Below are positions 58,185 through 64,000 of a DNA stretch of 64,000 nt, one piece after another. The translations under genes were made by a program, and so were the position numbers. The stretch lies in assembly GCA_963676835.2 (NCBI GenBank), contig CAXXFF010000003.1, forward strand, positions 384,001-448,000, read 5' to 3'. Below the pieces are notes generated by a model. The model ran no database searches. It had not been told where the DNA came from and was given only the letters and a program-made list of their open reading frames with translations. Origin of the DNA: Marispirochaeta sp. GTDB lineage: Bacteria; Spirochaetota; Spirochaetia; JC444; Marispirochaetaceae. Position 1 is the stretch's first letter; every line of letters starts with the position of its first letter.

Positions 58185-60341
58185 ATGGGTAACATTACCG
58201 TCCGCGCCGTAGCGCTGCCTCATTGTGAAGACATTCTTGTCAAAGAAGCTGAATCTCTGTCCATTCAGCCATCATCCATAAGCGCTTCGGGTATAGAATT
58301 TTCCGCAAACCTGCAGAAAATTTACCGTTTTCTAATAGAAAACCGTAGCGCAAGCCGGCTGATTTTTCCATTGGGAAAATTTTCTCTTGATACTCAGAAG
58401 GATCTCTATGATGCTGTAGCAGGTATTCCATGGGAAGATCATCTTGATTCCGCCGGTAGTTTTATTATCGACAGTTCAGTTAAAAGTCATCTTTTTAAAC
58501 ATACAAATTTTCCCGTTCTCAAGGCAAAAGATGCTATTGTCGACCGCCTGCGAACAAAAACAGGCAGCCGGCCGAATATAGATAACGAAAACCCCGGGGT
58601 GAGACTGTTCCTGCGGGTATTCCGCAATGATGCGGAAATTTCAATCGATATCGGCGGGGGCAGCAGACACCAGCGGGGCTACAGAAAGAAAAACGTGGCC
58701 GCTCCTCTTCGTGAAAATCTTGCAGCAGCCATTCTCTACCGGGCAGGATGGCCTGAAACTGCAGCCGGGGGTGGTGCTTTTCATGATCCTTTCTGCGGAT
58801 CGGGAACCCTCTGTGTTGAGGCTGCTCTTATGGCAGCCGGCATTGCCCCGGGAGCAGACAGAGAGAAAACCGGAATACGGCAGTGGAAACTGCATGACAG
58901 GACTTTGTGGGAAACCCTGGTCGAGGAATACAGGCAGTCTAATAAAAAATCTCTGGAAAGCTATAAAAAGAACAGCTTATCCATTACCGGAACCGACATT
59001 GATCCTGATTGTGTTGCAGCAGCCCGTATTAATGCCGCAACAGCCGGTCTTGAAGGGTGTATCAGCTTCAGCAGTTCATCTGTGCATACGGTACATCCGG
59101 TTTCCCGGGATATAAGCGGACTTATAGCAACCAACCCTCCCTACGGGGAGCGCCTGGAGAACGATCTTCAGGCCCGGGTTATCTACACAGATATGGGCGT
59201 AAGCCTGCGGCAGAATTTCAGCGGCTGGAAACTCTCTTTCCTGGCCCCGGATAAAGAACTGGGACTGATGACGGGTATTCAGGCGGGAAAAATCCATAAG
59301 CTCTCCAACGGATCAATTCCAGTACAGCTTATCCATGGTGTGATCCCCGAATTTGTTCTTTCCGCAGGGTCGGAGATGTTTATCAACCGGCTGAAAAAAA
59401 ATCGCAGACAGCTTCAGTCCTACCTTAAAAAAAGCGGAACCACCTGCTACAGACTCTACGACAAGGACATGCCGGAGTATGCCTTTGCGGTGGATCTTTA
59501 CGAAGAGAACTACTGTCACCTGCAGGAATACTCCGCTCCGTCCACCATTGATCCCGCCAATGTCCGAAGGAGAAGAAGGGAAGCCCTGGAGGGACTGCTG
59601 AACTATCTCCCCTTCGGCTCGGAAGGAATATTCCTTAAGGAGCGCCGGAAACTCGGTGCCAGCGACCGCTACGCGGGGCAGGCGCAGAATGAGACCCGGT
59701 ATATCTGCAAAGAAGGGAACTTGAAATTCTTTGTCAATTTTACGGACTATCTCGATACCGGCCTCTTTCTCGACAGCCGTGAGCTGAGAAAAAAAATTGC
59801 CCGCCTGTCAGAAGGCAACCGGTTTCTCAACCTCTTCGCCTATACCTGCACAGCCTCCGTGGCTGCAGCTGCAGCGGGTGCCCGTTCTACAGTCAGTGTA
59901 GATACTTCTGCAACCTACCTTAAATGGGGTGAGGCAAATATGCGGCTCAACGGGCTTAGCCTGACAAAAAACAGCCGCGAGATCAGTGACACCTTCGCCT
60001 GGCTCAAAAAAGCCCGTCGGGAAAAATCACGGTTTGATCTGATTTATGTTGATCCGCCTACTTACTCCAACTCTAAAAGCCGCAGAGGAGACTTTGATAT
60101 TCAACGTGATCACGCTTCTCTGTTAGAGATGTGCCTTGATGTTCTCTCCCCTCAGGGCACGATCCTTTTCTGTACTAACTTTACCCGTTTTGAACCGGAT
60201 AAGGAGCTGTTCAGTAAATATGCAGTTACCGAAACAACTCAGGAGACGATTCCCCAGGACTTTGCCCATAAAGGAAAAATTCACCGGTCGTTCCTTATAA
60301 AGAAAGATTCTTCCCTTGATAGCCGCAGGATTCAGGGATAG
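58185..60341 (+). CDS. rlmKL: bifunctional 23S rRNA methyltransferase RlmKL
   Basis: THUMP domain, H.RGYR...APLRENLA, DPFCGSGT, NPPYG; second MTase domain YRLYD.D.PEY, DYLDTGLFLD and DPP. Confidence 0.93.
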   Translation: MGNITVRAVALPHCEDILVKEAESLSIQPSSISASGIEFSANLQKIYRFLIENRSASRLIFPLGKFSLDTQKDLYDAVAGIPWEDHLDSAGSFIIDSSVKSHLFKHTNFPVLKAKDAIVDRLRTKTGSRPNIDNENPGVRLFLRVFRNDAEISIDIGGGSRHQRGYRKKNVAAPLRENLAAAILYRAGWPETAAGGGAFHDPFCGSGTLCVEAALMAAGIAPGADREKTGIRQWKLHDRTLWETLVEEYRQSNKKSLESYKKNSLSITGTDIDPDCVAAARINAATAGLEGCISFSSSSVHTVHPVSRDISGLIATNPPYGERLENDLQARVIYTDMGVSLRQNFSGWKLSFLAPDKELGLMTGIQAGKIHKLSNGSIPVQLIHGVIPEFVLSAGSEMFINRLKKNRRQLQSYLKKSGTTCYRLYDKDMPEYAFAVDLYEENYCHLQEYSAPSTIDPANVRRRRREALEGLLNYLPFGSEGIFLKERRKLGASDRYAGQAQNETRYICKEGNLKFFVNFTDYLDTGLFLDSRELRKKIARLSEGNRFLNLFAYTCTASVAAAAAGARSTVSVDTSATYLKWGEANMRLNGLSLTKNSREISDTFAWLKKARREKSRFDLIYVDPPTYSNSKSRRGDFDIQRDHASLLEMCLDVLSPQGTILFCTNFTRFEPDKELFSKYAVTETTQETIPQDFAHKGKIHRSFLIKKDSSLDSRRIQG

Positions 60342-60352
60342 GATAAGCAGGT

Positions 60353-61114
60353 ATGAAAGACAGTAACCTGCTGAAACTTGCAGTTCTTATCGATGCAGAT
60401 AATGCTCAGGCATCTATTATAGAAGGACTTTTAGCCGAAATTGCCAAATATGGAATAGCCAGCGTAAAACGCATCTATGGAGACTGGACCAGCCAGAAAC
60501 TGCGCTCCTGGAAGGATTCCCTTCTGGAGTATTCCATCCAGCCGATCCAGCAGTTCAGCTATACCACCGGAAAAAACGCCACCGACTCGGCCCTGATCAT
60601 AGATGCCATGGACCTCCTCTATACCGGGGATCTTGACGGATTCTGCATCGTCTCTTCCGACTCGGATTATACCAAGCTCTGTGCGCGCCTCAGGGAAGCG
60701 GGAAAAACGGTTTATGGTTTCGGAGAAAAAAAGACTCCCAAGCCTTTTGTTGCGGCGGTAGACAAATTCATCTATACCGAGATCCTGCGGGATTATGAGG
60801 ATGAAGAGGATGATGAAGTCAGCAGCAAACGCCGCATGAGCTATGCCGACCTGAGACAGGACTCACGACTGGTACAGCTTCTCCGCAGTGCCGTTGAGGC
60901 ATCTGCAGATGACTCGGGATGGGCCTATCTGGGAAATATCGGGCAGAATATCGCCAAAAAGTCCCCGGACTTTGATCCGAGAAACTATGGCTTTAAAAAA
61001 CTGAGCGACCTGATCACCGCTACAAGCCTTTTTGAGATTGAAGAAAAGGTTCTGAATAATGCGCCGGGAAAACAGATATATTTTCGGCGGGTAAGCAGAA
61101 AGAAAAGAAAATAA
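60353..61114 (+). CDS. NYN (LabA/DUF88) domain plus OST-HTH/LOTUS protein
   Basis: LAVLIDADN, KRIYGDW, GKNATD....IDAMD, SSDSD and FDPRNYGF.KL. Confidence 0.9.
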   Translation: MKDSNLLKLAVLIDADNAQASIIEGLLAEIAKYGIASVKRIYGDWTSQKLRSWKDSLLEYSIQPIQQFSYTTGKNATDSALIIDAMDLLYTGDLDGFCIVSSDSDYTKLCARLREAGKTVYGFGEKKTPKPFVAAVDKFIYTEILRDYEDEEDDEVSSKRRMSYADLRQDSRLVQLLRSAVEASADDSGWAYLGNIGQNIAKKSPDFDPRNYGFKKLSDLITATSLFEIEEKVLNNAPGKQIYFRRVSRKKRK

Positions 61115-61137
61115 AAAAGCCGGTCGACTGACCGGCT
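61113..61137 (-). terminator. intrinsic terminator (minus strand, possibly bidirectional)
   Basis: AGCCGGTC-gact-GACCGGCT preceded by an A run on the + strand. Confidence 0.6.
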
Positions 61138-61252
61138 ATGCGCTCTCTTTCTGATCTTCCACGGGAATCTTTTCTTCGTTGTTCCAGCGTAAAAGACCAA
61201 GCATTATACATCCGGTAATGCACACAAACAGAATCAGATAGCCGAATGCCAT
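61136..61252 (-). CDS. putative 38-aa single-TM protein
   Basis: GGGGAG RBS, MAFGYLILFVCITGCIMLGLL plus a charged tail, and its own terminator. Confidence 0.5.
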   Translation of the reverse strand: MAFGYLILFVCITGCIMLGLLRWNNEEKIPVEDQKESA

Positions 61253-61450
61253 TAGTATAACTCCCCCGCATTTCTGCATGATCAACTTGTTATTTTTATC
61301 AATGTAGCACACTTTCTGCAATAAAGAGAAGTATTTCTGTGGATATTCTGTTAACAAAGTGTGAATACCTTCACAAACGTATAGATTTCATATTCCTACT
61401 TGTAGAGTTTGCATCTCCGGGGTAGACTATTTTGATCAAGAGGTTAATGA

Positions 61451-62644
61451 ATGAGAATAGTCTTTGCGACCGATACCTACTGGCCGCGAGTAAACGGTGC
61501 CACCGTTTCTATAGATGCTTTCAAACTGGAATTTGAAAAACTTGGACACGAAGTTCACATAATTGCACCTGAATATCCCAATATGGAACCCTCTCCGGAT
61601 CCTACAATTCACCGTTTTAAATCATATCAGCTTCTATTCAGCCCGGAGGACCGCCTTGTATGGAAAGCTGAAAGATGGAAAATCTTCAGAACCCTGAAAA
61701 GACTGAACCCGGACATAATACACTGCCAGACAGAATTTCAGCTTTCAATAATGGTTATGAAATTCGGCCGGAAACGAAATATTCCCATTATTTTTACCTG
61801 CCATACCTACTGGGAGGAGTATATCAATCTATACCTCCCCTTTCCCGATAAAATCGGACGCCAGGTTGCCCGGTCCATGCAGCGGGCCGCTCTTAAGTAT
61901 GTTGATGAAGTGGTTACTCCCACAGAACCAATGAAGGAAGTTCTTCATTCCTACGGGATCAAAAAGCCCATCCATGTACTGCCTACGGGAGTACCTGAGG
62001 ATGACTTTGCCGGACTGGACAGACAAGATGCTGCAGAGAACTCTTTTCTTTTTAAAGAGTTTCCCGGACTTAAGGGCAATCCCCTGCTGTTATATGTAGG
62101 AAGGGTAACCAGAGAAAAAAATATGGATTTTCTGATGGATTGCTTTAAAACAGTCAGGGAACAGGTTCCGGATCTGCATTTTCTGATTACCGGTGGCGGG
62201 CCCTACCTGAGCGAATTGAAAAAAAAGGTTAAAAAGAGGGATTACGGTGCTTCTGTCACCTTTACCGGATATGTTCCGAAAGAAAAGGTTAAATACCTGT
62301 ATGCCATGGCAGATGTTTTTGTCTTCGCTTCGAAGACAGAAACCCAGGGGCTTGTTACCATAGAATCCATGATGGCGGGAACTCCGGTAGTAGCCATAGG
62401 AGAAATGGGCACAAAGATTGTCATGAATGGTGATAACGGCGGATTCATGGTTTCCGAGGATATGGAACTTTTCTCATCAAAGGTGCTATCTCTCCTTACT
62501 GACAATGCTCTATGGCAGCGTAAATCTGCAGAAGCTGTTGAATATGCAAAAAACTGGAGCAGTGAAACCATGGCTGAACGGCTGTTCGAGATTTACCGGA
62601 GCATAAAAAAACGCAAGGAAGAGACTGAACCGGAAATATCTTGA
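61451..62644 (+). CDS. GT4 glycosyltransferase (glycolipid synthase-like)
   Basis: TDTY.P.VNG, HT.WEEY, YVGR...EKN and F.S.TETQGLV..E.M. Confidence 0.88.
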   Translation: MRIVFATDTYWPRVNGATVSIDAFKLEFEKLGHEVHIIAPEYPNMEPSPDPTIHRFKSYQLLFSPEDRLVWKAERWKIFRTLKRLNPDIIHCQTEFQLSIMVMKFGRKRNIPIIFTCHTYWEEYINLYLPFPDKIGRQVARSMQRAALKYVDEVVTPTEPMKEVLHSYGIKKPIHVLPTGVPEDDFAGLDRQDAAENSFLFKEFPGLKGNPLLLYVGRVTREKNMDFLMDCFKTVREQVPDLHFLITGGGPYLSELKKKVKKRDYGASVTFTGYVPKEKVKYLYAMADVFVFASKTETQGLVTIESMMAGTPVVAIGEMGTKIVMNGDNGGFMVSEDMELFSSKVLSLLTDNALWQRKSAEAVEYAKNWSSETMAERLFEIYRSIKKRKEETEPEIS

Positions 62645-63552
62645 CAGATACCTCCGGTTCAGAAGAGAGTATTCCCATGAAAACACTCAGAACCTGGCTG
62701 GACAGTTCTCTCCCTTCAGTTGTATCCGAACTGGAAGAAAGCATTACCTCCGGTTTCCATATTCAGGGAGATGATCAGCTCTCACTGTCTGCCCGGGAAG
62801 AAATTTTTGACATTCTTGATATTCTCCATTCGGTAATTTTTCCAGGGCGGTACGGGAATCAATGTCCTTCACAGGGAGAAGATCTCCATTTTTTTATCCG
62901 AACCTCCCTTCTCGAAGCAGTTGCATTGTTAAAACGTCATCTGATTAGAATTTACAGTTCGTTGAATAATGAGGAAAAAGATAAAAAAATTACTGAGATT
63001 GTTTCGACCCTGGTGGAGAAACTTCCGAAAATACGCTCAATGCTGGTTGAGGATATCAACTCCGCATACGAAGGAGATCCCGCAGCCAGCTCATTTGACG
63101 AGATAGTCTTGAGCTATCCCTTTATAGAAGCAATAGCCACACACCGGATCGCCCATAGCCTGTATCACCAGGGGGTCCCCATAATCCCCAGAATCATGAC
63201 AGAGCGGGCCCACTCAAGAACCGGAATAGACATACATCCGGGAGCGGAGATTGCACCGGGATTTTTTATCGATCACGGAACCGGTGTAGTTATAGGCGAA
63301 ACCTGCCGTATAGGCCGCAATGTAAAGATTTATCAGGGAGTTACCCTGGGAGCTCTCTCCCCCCTGGATAAAGAAGGAAACCCCAAGCGGGGGGTAAAAC
63401 GTCATCCCGACATTGAAGACGATGTAATTATCTATGCCAATGCAACCATCCTCGGAGGGAATACAGTCATAGGTAAAGGCTCTGTTATCGGCGGTAATAC
63501 ATGGATAGTAAAGTCGGTTCCTCCGGGGTCACTGATCTATAACAAGAAGTAA
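62641..63552 (+). CDS. cysE: serine O-acetyltransferase (long EpsC-type)
   Basis: GDPAA, HRIAH, GIDIHPGA.I, IDHGTGVVIGET and KRHP. The start may instead be the ATG at 62677. Confidence 0.9.
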   Translation: MTDTSGSEESIPMKTLRTWLDSSLPSVVSELEESITSGFHIQGDDQLSLSAREEIFDILDILHSVIFPGRYGNQCPSQGEDLHFFIRTSLLEAVALLKRHLIRIYSSLNNEEKDKKITEIVSTLVEKLPKIRSMLVEDINSAYEGDPAASSFDEIVLSYPFIEAIATHRIAHSLYHQGVPIIPRIMTERAHSRTGIDIHPGAEIAPGFFIDHGTGVVIGETCRIGRNVKIYQGVTLGALSPLDKEGNPKRGVKRHPDIEDDVIIYANATILGGNTVIGKGSVIGGNTWIVKSVPPGSLIYNKK

Positions 63553-63729
63553 ACCTGATTCTTTCATACATTTCCGTGTATAGCGTATTACTTGACTACA
63601 TTTTTGTAGGTAAAAAATACACATTATGCCTTTTTGTCAGTTAGATACCATATGGTAAAAAATACTGTTTTATTTTATTTTATTGTTACATATAGATTTA
63701 AACAATTTCTAAATAACGGAGCTGATTTT

Positions 63730-63745
63730 TGGCACAGCTCCTGCA
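63730..63745 (+). promoter_or_regulatory. sigma54 promoter of amtB
   Basis: TGGCACA-GCTC-CTGCA, preceded by an AT-rich tract and the palindrome CTACA-TTTT-TGTAG (63596-63609). Confidence 0.7.
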
Positions 63746-63785
63746 TTATAGATGTCAAGTTGAACACATCCTTTAGGAGGAGTCT

Positions 63786-64000
63786 ATGAAACGAGTCTTC
63801 GTAATCCTTGCTCTGCTGCTGGTTACAGCAGGCACACTTTTTGCTGATGATGTCAGTGATTCACTGGCACTCTACAGCGACGCATTTGACATGATCTGGT
63901 TGATCCTGTCTGCGGCACTTGTATTCTTTATGCAGGCCGGTTTTGCTATGGTTGAAACTGGTCTTACCCGCGCCAAAAACGCTTCGAACATCCTGATGAA
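63786..64000 (+). CDS. amtB: ammonium transporter (3'-truncated by window)
   Basis: Own translation gives [12 protein letters not shown]...[43 protein letters not shown]. Confidence 0.92.
   Translation, partial: MKRVFVILALLLVTAGTLFADDVSDSLALYSDAFDMIWLILSAALVFFMQAGFAMVETGLTRAKNASNILM

Overview
This is a bacterial chromosome segment from a free-living-type spirochaete, judged from the 16S sequence, spirochaetal lipoboxes and gene content. In order, it contains: leuC'/leuD; two paralogous sigma54-type operons, each encoding a small and a large Ca-motif/Fn3/Ig-like lipoprotein; ccdAB; ychF; an MFS transporter; sdaA; an exported beta-propeller/caspase-like protein; an IS66; and a minus-strand rRNA operon (16S, tRNA-Ile, 23S, 5S). 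After that come housekeeping genes (pgsA, M32 peptidase, T-box-regulated thrS, ispH, KamA-family), a GntR/sulfatase/TctABC locus split by an IS3, then coaE, polA, fliS, a deacetylase, PIN-PhoH, two DUF4349-like genes, rlmKL, a NYN protein, a GT4 glycosyltransferase, cysE and the start of amtB. The most striking signal is a family of inverted-repeat elements, CCC(T/G)GCAC(C)TA...TA(G)GTGC(A/C)GGG, found four times. One copy forms a 23S intervening sequence at helix 45 and encodes a standalone GIY-YIG nuclease. The other three have no ORF and sit in 23S helix 25, in the ITS and inside an intergenic repeat, which suggests an autonomous/non-autonomous hairpin element system. The second notable system is the duplicated sigma54 lipoprotein operons, which share an upstream palindrome and a thrombospondin-C/lectin-like tip domain. 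All family assignments come from motif recognition; no database searches were run.
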